Assembly (NCBI GenBank): GCA_052426225.1
Contig: JBNJNM010000008.1
Location: 1,364,001-1,428,000 of the forward strand
Length of the DNA stretch: 64,000 nt
DNA from: Zancudomyces culisetae HAW-14-8
Taxonomy: Eukaryota > Fungi > Kickxellomycota
Direction: 5' to 3'
Part shown: piece after piece, positions 51,623 through 63,968 of the stretch
Numbering within the stretch: position 1 is the stretch's first letter
Layout of the letters: each line of letters starts with the position of its first letter
Program-made: the position numbers and the translations under genes
The notes under the pieces: model-generated
Database searches by the model: none
What the model was told of the DNA's origin: nothing
Seen by the model: the letters and a program-made list of their open reading frames with translations, nothing else

Positions 51623-52876
51623 ATGGAAACAATTAAAGTAGAAACAAAGATCCAGGGAGGACGAATCGAAAAGGAAAAGGCAAGAAATAGAGAAAAGCGA
51701 GAACGAAAAAGAAGGAGAAACAAGGATAAAAATAAAGATAGACAACAGCCAGCCTTTCAAAATAAACGAGATGAAGAACTGGAGAAAGAAGGAGGAGAGG
51801 GTAAAAAAGTAGAAATAGAGTATGTACCGGAAAAGGTGGATTTGAAAGAATTTGAAGAATTTAAAGAATTTGAAGAGATTTTCAAGCGATTTGAAAGCCG
51901 GGCCAATGGTGGGCTAGATGAAGAGAATGAGAGAATAGGAGATGGTAAGCAAGTGGAGAGTCAAGGGAGACTTAAAGGGATGGATGATGTAGATATGGGA
52001 GAAAATGAAAAACAAAAAGAGGAAAAAGAAGAGGAGGAGGAGGAGGAGGAGGAATATGGGGATGATGTTGATTCGAACAATCGGCGGAAAAGAAATAAAG
52101 ATACAGTAGCAGAGTTGAAGAGACGAGTGCGGGTGCCGGATATGGTAGAGTTTGAAGATGTAACGGGGCCAGATCCACAGCTATTGGTAGAATTAAAGGC
52201 GTACCGCAACACGGTGCCGGTTCCGAAGCACTGGAGCATCAAGCGCAAGTACCTACAATACAAAAGGGGGGTTGAAAAGCGACCATTTGAGCTTCCAAAG
52301 TATATATTGGATACGGGGATAGCAGAGATGCGACAGGTGGTTGAGGAGAAGGAGGAGGGCAAGACAATGAAGAGTAAGATGCGGGAAAAGATGAAGCCGC
52401 GAATGAACAAGTTAGTGTTGGACTATCAGCGGCTACACGATGCGTTTTTCAAGTTCCAAACGGTTCCAGATAATTTGAGTGGATTTGGAGACATGTTTTA
52501 TGAAGGGCGAGAGTTTGAAAGTGCGGGGGCACAGGCGGCAAAGAGTGGCGCGTTTGAACCAGGAGTGATATCGGAGGAGCTGAAGGCAGCGCTTGGGATG
52601 CCAAACCTTGCACCACCGCCGTACTTGCTCAACATGCAGCGGTTTGGGTTGCCGCCGTCATATCCCGAGATGCTGATTCCGGGGCTGAGTGCGCCGATTC
52701 CGAGAGGAGCACAATGGGGATATCATCCAGGAGGATGGGGAAGACCTCCAGTGGATGAGTTTGGACGTGCGTTGTATGGAAGAAATGTGTTGGAAAGCGT
52801 AGAGGCAGGAGACGAGGGTGAGAATGAGGAAGAGTTTGGAGTTGGAAGAATTGAACATTGGGGAGAAGTAATTGAA

Positions 52877-52910
<34 letters not shown>

Positions 52911-53350
52911 ATGAGGATGAAGAGGAAGAAGAGGAAGGCGAAGGCGAAGAGGATGAAGTAATGGGAGAAGAGGGTAAAGAAACACCAGGAGGAATCAGCA
53001 GTGTAGCATCAACAATAGTTCCAGGTAAAGGAACGGAAACACCACAAACAATAGAACTGCGTAAAGAGGTGGTTGTTGGAGTGGAGAGACCAAAGACATT
53101 ATACACAGTGTTGCAACAAAAACAAGTAAATGTAGAAGCATCAAGTAGAATGGGATCTGAATATGTATATTCAATGGACACAACAACAACGACAAATAAT
53201 GTTAATGTTAATAATAATATTAATGAAGAAGAAGAAGAAGAGTCTTTAAAAGAAAATGAAAAAAACAAACCAAATATTAATAGTAATATTAATAGTAATA
53301 GTAATAGTAATAAGGCAACTGAAAGAAAGAAAAAAGAATACAAATTTTAA
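51623..53350 (+). CDS. SF3B2: Splicing factor 3B subunit 2 (Cus1/Sap145)
   Basis: TVAELKR...DVTGPDPQLLVELKAYRNTVPVPKHW..KRKYLQ..RGVEKRPFELP...DYQRLHDAFFKFQ...PPPYLLNMQRFGLPPSYP...WGYHPGGWGRPPVDE. Intronless, with poly-E tracts. Confidence 0.96.
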
Positions 53351-53378
53351 TTTTTAATTTTGAATTTTAATTTTAATT

Positions 53379-55571
53379 TTAATTTTGGGAAAGCAAGTCT
53401 TGGGCACACGTGTAGTGGCTAATAACATTATTGTGAACCACTGCGTTTTTAAACAGCCATTCTTCAGTATCTTCATTGTAGTACCGCACAAGAGGTTCGT
53501 TGCAGATTGGACATATCGAGTCGCCACGATAATCGTTTGGAATTACAAGTTCGTTTTCGTCCGCGTCAGCCTTTTCTTCCTGTTCATTTTGTTGTCTTTG
53601 TTCTGCTCTTGTTTCCATTTCTGCTATTCCTGGCTCCAATCCTTCATGGTTTTCTTCGTCTACTGATTGCGATACTGCCCATGCTTCTACTGGCAAATAC
53701 ATTCCGCGGATCCGACGTCGTGCTGTTCCTGCCTGCCGCTGTTTGTTTTTTTTGTTGATCCGGAAATGATAGTCGTAGTGTTCGTGGATTGTTGTTTGTG
53801 ACGATGTTCGATATCCACACTGGCTACACAAATATGTTTTGTATAATCTTTTGTATTTACTATATACCGTCTTTGTTGTTGAGCTTGTTAATTTATTGAG
53901 ACTATCTAGTATTCCTGATGATAATAATGATTGCATTAACATTTGTGCATTATTTCCATTTCCATTTTGATTTCCATTTTGGTTTTGATTTTGGCTTTGA
54001 TTTCCATTTTGATTTTGGCTTTGATTTTGATTTTGTTCACTACTTTTAACTCGCTTTGCTTTTACTGCTTGTGCATTTGATCCTGTACCCATGATCATTG
54101 CCATTGCTTTCTCCACCCCATTCTGTTTTTCTTGTTCTTGTTGTTGTTGTATATCCTTTCGTTTTACTCCTGCTGTTACACTACTTCCTCCTTCTAGCCT
54201 TTTCAACCTATCATTGATTCTCTGTTCTTCTGTTTCCGTTACTGTTTGCGTTTTAGTTTTGAGTTGATTTAATAGTTTTGATAACTCTGAAATAGCTGCC
54301 GCTCTCGTTGTACTCGTACTTGTGGATTGTCGCTCTCCTCCTATATCTCTTGGATTTTTCACCTGCTCAATCTGTTTTTGTATCAAGATACTATTGACTC
54401 TTTGGATCAACTGTTGTTTTTGTCCTAATGTTAATACTCTATCTTCCTTTTGCCCTTTATCTCTACTATCTCTAATATCCTTATTATCTCTAATATCCTT
54501 ATTGTCTTTATCTATCGCTTGTGTTTGTTTGTTCTTATACTCTGATATATCCCCCATAACCTTATCCAACAACTCTACTGGAAACAACGTCTTTTTCTCC
54601 ATCACCGCCTCACTACCACTCCCTTTCTTCACCACATAACTACGCCATGTACCAACCACCCGCTCCATCCTACTCCTCACATTCTCATCTTCTACATTCC
54701 TATATGTCGAATAAAATATTTTCCGTATTCTACTCGTCCCCATATTGCTACCATTCACTAGCAGTCTCACATACTTTCCTCCAATGTTTTTGCATATCGA
54801 GTCCAATAAATAAAATGCTGGTAGTTTGAGTCTTGGATGAATCTATTGTTTATTTATTCAATATGTTTTATTTTTATTCTTATTCTTATCATTTGCTTGT
54901 TTTCTTTGCCTAAATCTCTATCCGATTATCTTTTCTCCTTTTCTCTCTTCTCTTCTTTCTCAAATAATAATAATAATAATGTTGATAAAATGAACTTTTA
55001 AACTGTAACAGTAATGCCATTTATTTCACCAACTTTATTTCTCTTCATTACTAAATATCCCTCCACTACTCGTCTCTCTCTTTCTCTTTCTCCTTCCCCT
55101 TCCCCTCCTTTTTTTTATCACTCAATAACAAGAGAGGAAATTTTTCACTTTTCAAAAATAAAAAACCCAAATATAGAATAAAAAATTAAAGTAAACCACA
55201 CACACATTTCTTGATCTTTTATACATTTACAATAATAATATTATTAATAATAATAATAATAATAATAGTGATAATAATGATAATAATTAAAACGATAAAT
55301 GTAATAATCATTGGATACTTGCCTCGTTTAAATGATCTTCAATAGCTTGTAACACAGCCGTCGCATATTCCTGTTGTTCTTGCGCAATAATTGTCAGGTT
55401 TGTAATAATAGGTTTGCTGTTAAATGTCAAATCTAAAAGTCCTGTCCGGTAATCTCGATATACCTGTGCCTCTGTCTCTCTACTTTTCTTATCCATCACT
55501 ACTCCCCCTCCCCTTTGCCTTTCTCTTTCTCTTTCTCCTCTAATATTAGTACTATTCATTTTTGCTTCCAT
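53379..55571 (-). CDS. PCF11: Pcf11 cleavage/polyadenylation factor (CID plus C2H2 and C2HC zinc fingers), 2 exons
   Basis: LDLTFNSKPIITNLTIIAQE / KLPAFYLLDSICKNIG (CID); CSQCGYR...HYDYHF; CPICNE...EEWLFKNAV...HYTC. Confidence 0.93.
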
Positions 55572-56354
55572 TTCTTTTGCTCTTTTGCTGTTTTTCTCTT
55601 TGTTGCTATTGTTTTTTCCTAACTACTCTTTTCCCAATCTAAACTGTACTACACTACACTATAATCTACTATGCTATACCAAACTAAAACAAACCAATTC
55701 GAATCGATTCAAAACCAACTAAAACCAATTTTAAAAAGTTCAAAAATATAAAATACCTTGAAAATAGTCAACCTAAATATACTTGGCTCTTTTCAAGTCG
55801 TTAAAAAAAAAAGGCAATATACTTTGAAATGCCTATTCTATTCTATTCTATACTATTCTATTCTAGTCTATTCTATTGTATACTATTGTATCTTATCACC
55901 ACCCACTTGAGTTTAATCGTAAAGATGAAAAAAACTCTATATACTTTTCTTGTAGTTCTTTTGTTTCTTCTCTCACCTTCTTTAATAATACTATATATAA
56001 ACCTCTTTGCAAAAAAACAAAATTAAAAACAAAAACTTGTAATATTTATCCGTATAATGGCTCACTTGTAATACCAAACTTTTAAAAAAAAAAAAAGAAA
56101 AGCAAAAACTCACACTTGCATTCAAATTGTCCAAAAGAAATAAAATTCCTTGTTTTTTTCTTTTCTTAACTAGAGTAAAAGTACCAACTCTTTTTTTTTT
56201 TTACTATAGTTTTAAAAGTTTGCAATTTTCTTTCTTTTCTTTTCTTTCTTTTCTTTTATTCCTTGATTGTCTTTGTCTTGATATTTTTTTTTATATATCC
56301 CTCCCCCTCAATTGGTAATGGAATACTTTATATTTTTTTATTTGGCTTTTTCTT

Positions 56355-56357
<3 letters not shown>

Positions 56358-56390
<33 letters not shown>
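56358..56390 (+). repeat. (ATT)n microsatellite in the AT-rich intergenic region
   Basis: About 11 ATT units read directly. Similar (AAT)n tracts lie at about 55226-55267 in the PCF11 intron. Confidence 0.9.
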
Positions 56391-56392
<2 letters not shown>

Positions 56393-57382
56393 GATATGGT
56401 AGTATATTATAAGAATGAACAAGTGTTAATCGATCGTTAGTAATCAACCAAACCTTTATGCCTGTAATAACTCGCCACTTGTTTTTTTTTCCTTTAGAAA
56501 ACCTTCTTACTTTTAAATCAAACTTTTCACTTTTGTTTTCCCTTTTCCCACAAATCTTTGAATTGACTCGAATTGAATTTATTTTTTTTAAAATTCAAAT
56601 CGTGAATATATTTTGTGTGTTGATTTAGTATCGTTTTTTATTTCGTATCCGTATCCGTATCCGTATTATTACTATTATTTTTCTCTCTCTAGTACAAGTA
56701 TTTTCTTTCAAGTTGATGACAAGCTTTTCCAAGCTTATAAGACTCTAGATTGATTTCCCAAAATGAAATTCAAGTATTTCTGTCGTCCGTTTCCGCCCCT
56801 TTTTTTTAACAAAAACAAATCCTTGGATTCTTACACCTCTGTTCCTATATATGTTTTTTTTTATAACTTTACGATGTTATATAAAGAAAAATAAAAATCT
56901 TTACTCAAAACTTGCCTTTGTTTATTACAAACTATTTATAGTAAAACCAAAGTCCCCCTTTTACTTTTTACTTGAATTTTACAATACAAAATTTTTTTTT
57001 TGTTTGAAAAATATATTATTTGTAATTGAAAAGATAATGTTAAAATTTTCCAGGCTCTTCTTTTTTTTCCCTCGAAATTCCACTCTCCTTTACTTTTTTT
57101 TTTTCTCCAAAATTTCAAACTATTGAAACAGCATAAAAAATTTTTATTTTTATTTTTATTTTTATTTTTATTTATATTTTAATTTTGAAAGCTTGCTTAT
57201 ACCCAATAAATAATTACATAATATCAGCTAATTGTTTTATCCAAATTGCTCCCATTCCCAAAAATATGACTTTGTCGCGTAAAATCGTCGAATATTATCG
57301 CACGTGTATATTAAATAATTGAACCTAACAAAAATAAAAAGTATAGTAAAACCAATGAACCAAAAATAATAATAAATAAAAG

Positions 57383-60085
57383 CTAGCTGGAAATAAACAG
57401 AATTCGCGTCTTGGATGGGTTTATATGTATCAAACCCAGATTATCATAATAGTCCAAACACTTGGCAAACTGAACATCAGTAAAGCCCAGAGTATTTGTG
57501 ATAGACTGGAAGGCCAAATTATACACCAAAGCATTGTTAATTGTTGGATGTAGGTTGCGCTTGGTTTTGAGCATGTCTGAAAGATGCATGAAAATAGTAC
57601 TGATATAGTCGGACTTGGACGCTGCTGAGCGGCGCGATGAAGCAGACAGATGGTTGATGGTCTCCTGGGCAAAGTACATGAGCTTGGTTGCAACATCCAC
57701 GTCATCCTTGGTTACATGTGAAGCCAAACGGAGCCGAGCGTGGGCCTGGGACAATCTGATGATGCCGAGAAGAGAGCGGGGAGTTATTGCACCGACCACA
57801 GAGTTAGATAGAATGGTGTCGGTACTCTTTACAGAATGGCCATGTGTAGATGTTGAAGCAGACCTTTCGAGCTGCAGCTTGTACTCAATACGCTTGGAGA
57901 CATAAGACTCAACGATATAGTCGCTGACTTCAGACGAAAGAGTGGGAGTGAATGAGCGAGCATGAGCAATATAGCTGGCCAACGCTGCTGGCGAGATAAT
58001 GCTGGAGTCTGTGGCGTTGTCTTGGGTGCTAGTGGTTGCAGCTGGGACAGCACCAGTCATATGGACACGGGTCACGTGCCTAGCCAGGGACAAATCGTGG
58101 GAATGGTCGGGAATATCCAAAAGCAAAAACAACACGTCGAACCGCGAAAGAAGCGCAGCCGGCAGGTTGATGTTTTCCTCGGGGGTAAGTTTAGGGTTGT
58201 AGCGAGAGCGACTGGGGTTGGCAGCTGCCAGCACACACGCACGCGAATTGAGTGTGGTGGTGATTCCAGCCTTGGAAATTGAAATAGTTTGCTGCTCCAT
58301 AGCCTCATGGATAGCTGTCCGGTCCCCTTCCTCCATCTTGTCGAACTCGTCGATGCAGCAAATACCGCCATCTGACAAAACCAGCGCGCCTCCTTCCAGC
58401 ACCAACTCGCCTGTCACTGCGTCTCGAACCACACTAGCCGTCAACCCAACGCCTGATGATCCTCGTCCGGTTGTGTAGATACCTCGTGGCGCAACTTTTG
58501 CTACGTATTTGAGCAATTGCGATTTGGCTACTCCTGGATCTCCCATCATACAAATGTGAATATCTCCTCGAATCTTCATTCCATCTGGTGCTGTGATTGT
58601 TGGTGCTCCCACTAGCTGCAGCAGTAATGCTAGTTTGATTTCTTCATGCCCAAAAATCTCTGGCGCAACTGCTCGTGCTAGCTGTCTGCTTACATCCTCA
58701 CTCTCCGCAATTCGCCTGATTTCCTGCTGCATCTGTTCGTTGTCTTTATCGCGTTGTGTAACCTCATCATATCCCTTTTTATCTTTGTCAATTTGGTATG
58801 CTTCCACCAATATATCTGCCAATAGTCCTGCCCGGTATGCCCGGTATCCTGTGTATGGGCTTGGTAAAAACACTCCTGTCACCTCCACCACATCTCCCGG
58901 CTTGGCCACTCTGGTCATTCCCTCGTAACAATGAATGCTCAGCGTTCGAGGAATATCTCCCATCCCTACCTGGTCTGCCAGTTCCTGTATCTTGAGCTCT
59001 TGGAACTTCAGCATCTTGCTTCCTCTTGTCTGTCGATGAAGCTTGCCCTTGCTGCGTTGTCGTTTGCATTGTGCTGAAATGCAGCTCTCCAATGGCAAAT
59101 ACTGTCTTCCCGTCACCTCTTGAAACACTTCACTTCCACAACTGTCGCACAGATACGCCGCCACTGACACTATTGGCTTAACATCCGTTGCCCGCGTCAC
59201 TATTCCCCGTATCTTTACCAGTTTACCTATATCCCTGGCCCCTACTTGCCGTATTGACTTTGCCTTTGCTCCTGCCTTTCCTATAATCACCACACTATAT
59301 CTCCTCAACAGCTTCTTGGGAAATTGCTGCTCGTCTGCTTGTTCAACTCGACCCTCCCCAAATCTCTGCATATCTATCTCCTCTCTCATCTTACGCTGCT
59401 CGAGTATTACCTCCATTACGTTATCCCCTTCAATTCCCTTCCCTTTTCCCTTCCCCAACCCCGACACGCCATCATTTGGTGCTGGAAGCACTTTGTCTAT
59501 AGCCTCACTAATCAACTCAATATATCTCTTTGTATTTGTCTCGATTCTCTTCTCGATTCCCTCTCTTTTAGCTCCCCGCTTAGTTCCTCCTCTATTACTC
59601 CCACTAATCTGTGTGCTTGTGTCATCCCCCGTTCTTTGACTTTCACTCTCTACGCTTTGTCCAAAAAACTTTTCTACATCGTCCAGATGTATTTCCACTG
59701 TATCCCTCTCTTTGTTTGCCACTGCTTGCTATTTATTTATTCAAGTATTTATTTTCTTGGTTAGTCCTACAGTTTTGGTTTAGCCCTATCTAACATAAAA
59801 GAACTCCTCTTCCCCACCCCACCCCACCCCACCTCACCTCATCTCCACTCCCTCCTCCAATAACTTGTGTATTGATCCTACTCGTATCTAGTTTGCTTTA
59901 CTTACCAACATTTCCTTGTACTTGTATCTGACTTTTTCAGCTTCACCAAAGTCCATTACATCTTGTCCCTGCTGTACTGCTCCTCCTTTTTGTCTCACTT
60001 CACTAAACTTATTGAAGAACTCTGTAAAGAGTTCAACCTCTTCTTTGTAATTAACTGTACTTCTTATCGCAAACAACCCGCTCAT
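57383..60085 (-). CDS. MCM7: DNA replication licensing factor Mcm7, 2 exons (intron 59905-59729)
   Basis: AYLCDSCGSEVFQ zinc finger, APEIFGH, GMKIRGDIHICMMGDPGVAKSQLL (Walker A), GICCIDEFDKM (Walker B), LPAALLSRFD (Arg finger). Confidence 0.96.
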
Positions 60086-60683
60086 TTTGCTTTCAGTATT
60101 TTTTTGATTTTATTATGTTATTATACAATTCTCAAACTATTTACTCTTTTGTTAATATATTATTATTTTATACATACTATTGTGGGTTTTTTATTTTTAT
60201 TTTTATTTTTGTTTTGTTTTCAATAAACATTACCTTGGTTTGATTTATAAATCTGTTTATTTTTATTTATTTCCTGTATGTGTTTACATTTATACCAAGT
60301 TACTACTTGCAATTCCTATATTTTGGATATTTCGATTTTCTCGCTGGTTTTTATTATTATTGTAAACAATCAGCACTTTATTATACAATCTTACCACTTC
60401 TCGGCTAGTTTTGATTAGCCACTTTTATTTACATTAATATTTCTTTTTTTTTTAATTTTTTTAATTCGAACATATTATATATTCAACCCAGATATTTTAT
60501 TTGTCAAGCTCAATTTAATTTACAAACTAAAGTTGAATATAAACAAAAAACAACTAGAAACTGGAAGTGCTCTTGTTCATCTAGTATTTCTTATAAACGA
60601 CTAAAGAAAAAGACAAATTATTCCTCTTCCTTGCCTCTTGCCTCTTGCCTCTTACCCTTACCCCTCATCCCTAGTTACCGCGC

Positions 60684-63600
60684 TTAACCTCGTCCCTTAT
60701 TACCACGTTTTGTCATAAACAATGAGCTTAACAACGAAGCCAAAATCATAGTACTTCCACTATATAAAAATAACGCAGTAAAATCCATACTCCCCACTAA
60801 TACATTCGGGATCTGTGCATTACTGTCCAGGTTCCATAGAGTTACCAGTACCGAACTCATACTTGCGGAGCCAGCTGTCTGTGGTATCACACTCCCACTC
60901 CCACCTCCACCACTTACCCCACTCCCAATACTGCCGCTATTACCTAGCCGTTGAATGTTGGGTGCAAGTAGAATCCGTGCCAAGAAAAAGCTTAGTACGA
61001 CTGGGACAGTACATAACGTCAGTATCATACCAATCACTATACCCATATAGTTATACCCAGCTAGTTCATACGTTGTTAACACAAACGTTGTGATTAGACA
61101 CCCCATTGAAACTCCATATACAGCATCATACACAAACAAAATTGATCCTGTTTGGCTTGGAACCATTCCCAGAACTATTGTGAATACTCCCGACACAAAC
61201 ATGGATATTGTCATTACTTTGATAGCAGCAGTATAGTGCGAAACTGATGTATGCATTTTGCTTATAATGGGAATTGAATTCATTAGCAGATCCTTCTTGT
61301 AGTCTACCTTGTACTCAATGTTGAGCCTTTCATGTTCAACGCGTGCCCCAAAATCACCCACAGCACTTTTTCGTGCTATGTACAAATAACATACATACGA
61401 TCCCATAGCTATAAAAATACCGGTAATTAACTGGTGTTGATATAACACCCCAGCACTGCCATCAATATAGAACATTTTGTTTTTGCTGTCGTATATCGAA
61501 AACAAACTCATATTACTTAGCGGTATAAACAGGGTTAGTGACAACACCATGGCTACAAGTGTTAACAAGATTACTGGTGGCCAGTTGATATATTTTTTTC
61601 CTGGGTTTTCCTTTCTTTTAAAATCGAGTGTAAATATTGCCTTTTTCACATAAGCTAGAAACCTAATCACAGACTTTACTTTGTTCTCGATAAATTTGTA
61701 TATCTTGGTCGTAACATCCTCTTTGTCTTCTGGACATACACCGCCACCTATCTCACATTTTTCTCTCATCTCCTTTTTAGCCTTTTCTTCATCCTCCTCA
61801 AATTCTTCGTCGAATATTGGGATTTGCATTTCCTTATCAATGTCTACTTTATCGTTATAAATAAAATCCCCTGCTTCCAGATCATCCAGAACCCTTAGCG
61901 TTTTTTTATATATTTCGCTTCCATAACCAACTCTGTTAAGTTCCTCGCGTTCCTGTTCTTTTAAATGTTTTTTTGTCTTTCCCTTTTGCTTCGCTTTTCT
62001 ATCTTTTGCTACAGGTTTTGTATTTTTTATTTTTATGCCCATTACAGCTGATGCCATACCGCTTACAAACACAAGTATAAATATTAGTATCATCAGTGCT
62101 ACGCTCTGGTTTACTTTTAACAAGGTATCCGAAACAATCCTACCAATAGACACACCAACGATCCCGCCAAGCACTATTGTGGTAGGAAAAAAAAACCTTT
62201 GCATTTTTCTCGCAGTTCCTTCCGAGAATCGCCTTCGCGATAATCTTGCAAGAATTATTCTATACATCCTTTGCTCTTTTGTTTCTTGTATAGCCTCTTC
62301 TTTACTCACGACTACACTTTCCTCAACCGCTGTATCATAGTCAAATAAATATTCATCATAGGTTTTTTTCCCCTTCCCCTCCTTCTTCTCGTCTGTATAA
62401 TCCATATCTTTCTCTTTCTCTTTCTCTTTGTCTTCCTGGTTTTCCACTTGCACTTCCTGTTGCAACTGAATTCCTTGTTTTTGATTTTTTGACCCATTTT
62501 TAGCGGTGTTGGGCCCCATACGCATCGTTGGGCTTCTTTTATAATTGTATTTAAGGTTTAAGTACCGGCCTATCGCATATTCAGTTTCAATCTGGAAAAT
62601 AACCACCATACTTGGGATCAACACAAAACAGGCTCCCATACCAGCAATTACAAACTGAGCTCCAGATAAAATCACGTTGTTGTTTACGTTTGCTAGTGAC
62701 AAAATCATACAGAACGTGATTCCTATAATACCCATTATTATTGTTTCCCTATTTCCCCTCGTATCTGTAAATATTCCTACCAATATTCCACTTGCGAAAA
62801 ATCCAATCCCAAAAAGTACACCTGGTAGCACCCCTTGTATTGTTAACACCTGATATATTAAGTATAATGATTCATACTGCTCCATTAACTTTTTTTGGTC
62901 CAATATAGTATGAAGGGGTGTTTTTTCTGTGTTTAGTACATCCCAGTAGGCAGTATATCCACTTTTATCATCCGCTATATATACTGTGAACAGCCCAACC
63001 ATCACAAGTAGAATAAAGACACTAAACAATGTATATATTATTTTTCTCAACTGTGCTTTCTCTCTTCGCTTTTCCTTTTCTTTTCTTGTTGCCATTTTTA
63101 TAACCTTAAATTTTACTCCCTCTTTGCTTTTCAAAGTCTCGGGTGCGCTTATATTCTCGCTTTGCACGACAAAGCTTTTTCTTTTGGTCTTCATCTTTTT
63201 TAGTCTTAGCGCTTCAAGTGCGCTATATCTGTATTTTTCTATTGACCTATCCATATCCAACTCTTCATCCTTGGTATCAGCTCTTGTATACTCGTCATAC
63301 AACTTTACATTGAACTCCCGTTTATTTCTCACATTACTTTGTGTAACAAGCGGATGAGTATCAATATAGCTCTGCCTGGACTCTCCATTACTTTCTGGGC
63401 TACTTTTCTTGGCGGGTTCCTCCAGTATTTCCTCTTTTAACTCCATTTTTACTTTATTCAGCTCCTTTAGCCGTTTTTCTTTTTCCTCTAACTGCCGCTT
63501 TTTTTCTTCCTCCACCAGCTTGTTTAGATCACTCAATACAAACAAATCCAACATTTTTTCTTTCTTATCTTTGGTGTTTCTCCCCTCTTGTTCCTTTCTT

Positions 63601-63968
63601 TTTATTTTTTCTTTTCGCTTCACTTTTTTCCTTTCGCGACGTTCCAAACGCTCCTTTGTTACTCTCGACCTTTCCTCCTGTTCCATTATTTCCTTTGTTT
63701 GATTCTGCTCAACATTCTCTTCTTGCTCAGCCTTTGGCTCATATACTGCACTCTCTTTGACATTTACATTTTTCTCTTCTTTTTCTACTGGATCAGGTGA
63801 GGATTCATATTCAAAGTCCATTTGACTTTTTTCGTGCTTGTATTTTTTTAGGGTGTTACTAATATCCTCAATCTCACCAGAGGAAATGCTGGACGAGCTT
63901 TCATTACCGCCATACTTTTCCTCGTTTTTATGGCTATCTTCTTGTATGTTGAGGCTTTGTATAGGCAT
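60684..63968 (-). CDS. Large multi-pass membrane protein, MFS (monocarboxylate-transporter-like) fold with long charged insertions
   Basis: 1094-aa intronless ORF with about 12 hydrophobic segments. GIFTDTRGNR resembles MFS motif A; VYGVSMG...YELAGYNYMGIVIG resembles the MCT C-half. Confidence 0.65.
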   Translation of the reverse strand: MPIQSLNIQEDSHKNEEKYGGNESSSSISSGEIEDISNTLKKYKHEKSQMDFEYESSPDPVEKEEKNVNVKESAVYEPKAEQEENVEQNQTKEIMEQEERSRVTKERLERRERKKVKRKEKIKRKEQEGRNTKDKKEKMLDLFVLSDLNKLVEEEKKRQLEEKEKRLKELNKVKMELKEEILEEPAKKSSPESNGESRQSYIDTHPLVTQSNVRNKREFNVKLYDEYTRADTKDEELDMDRSIEKYRYSALEALRLKKMKTKRKSFVVQSENISAPETLKSKEGVKFKVIKMATRKEKEKRREKAQLRKIIYTLFSVFILLVMVGLFTVYIADDKSGYTAYWDVLNTEKTPLHTILDQKKLMEQYESLYLIYQVLTIQGVLPGVLFGIGFFASGILVGIFTDTRGNRETIIMGIIGITFCMILSLANVNNNVILSGAQFVIAGMGACFVLIPSMVVIFQIETEYAIGRYLNLKYNYKRSPTMRMGPNTAKNGSKNQKQGIQLQQEVQVENQEDKEKEKEKDMDYTDEKKEGKGKKTYDEYLFDYDTAVEESVVVSKEEAIQETKEQRMYRIILARLSRRRFSEGTARKMQRFFFPTTIVLGGIVGVSIGRIVSDTLLKVNQSVALMILIFILVFVSGMASAVMGIKIKNTKPVAKDRKAKQKGKTKKHLKEQEREELNRVGYGSEIYKKTLRVLDDLEAGDFIYNDKVDIDKEMQIPIFDEEFEEDEEKAKKEMREKCEIGGGVCPEDKEDVTTKIYKFIENKVKSVIRFLAYVKKAIFTLDFKRKENPGKKYINWPPVILLTLVAMVLSLTLFIPLSNMSLFSIYDSKNKMFYIDGSAGVLYQHQLITGIFIAMGSYVCYLYIARKSAVGDFGARVEHERLNIEYKVDYKKDLLMNSIPIISKMHTSVSHYTAAIKVMTISMFVSGVFTIVLGMVPSQTGSILFVYDAVYGVSMGCLITTFVLTTYELAGYNYMGIVIGMILTLCTVPVVLSFFLARILLAPNIQRLGNSGSIGSGVSGGGGSGSVIPQTAGSASMSSVLVTLWNLDSNAQIPNVLVGSMDFTALFLYSGSTMILASLLSSLFMTKRGNKGRG

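Noticed and set aside
55310-55318. GTATCC near the PCF11 donor as a U12-type 5' splice site
   Set aside because: It does not complete RTATCCTT and gives no in-frame acceptor.
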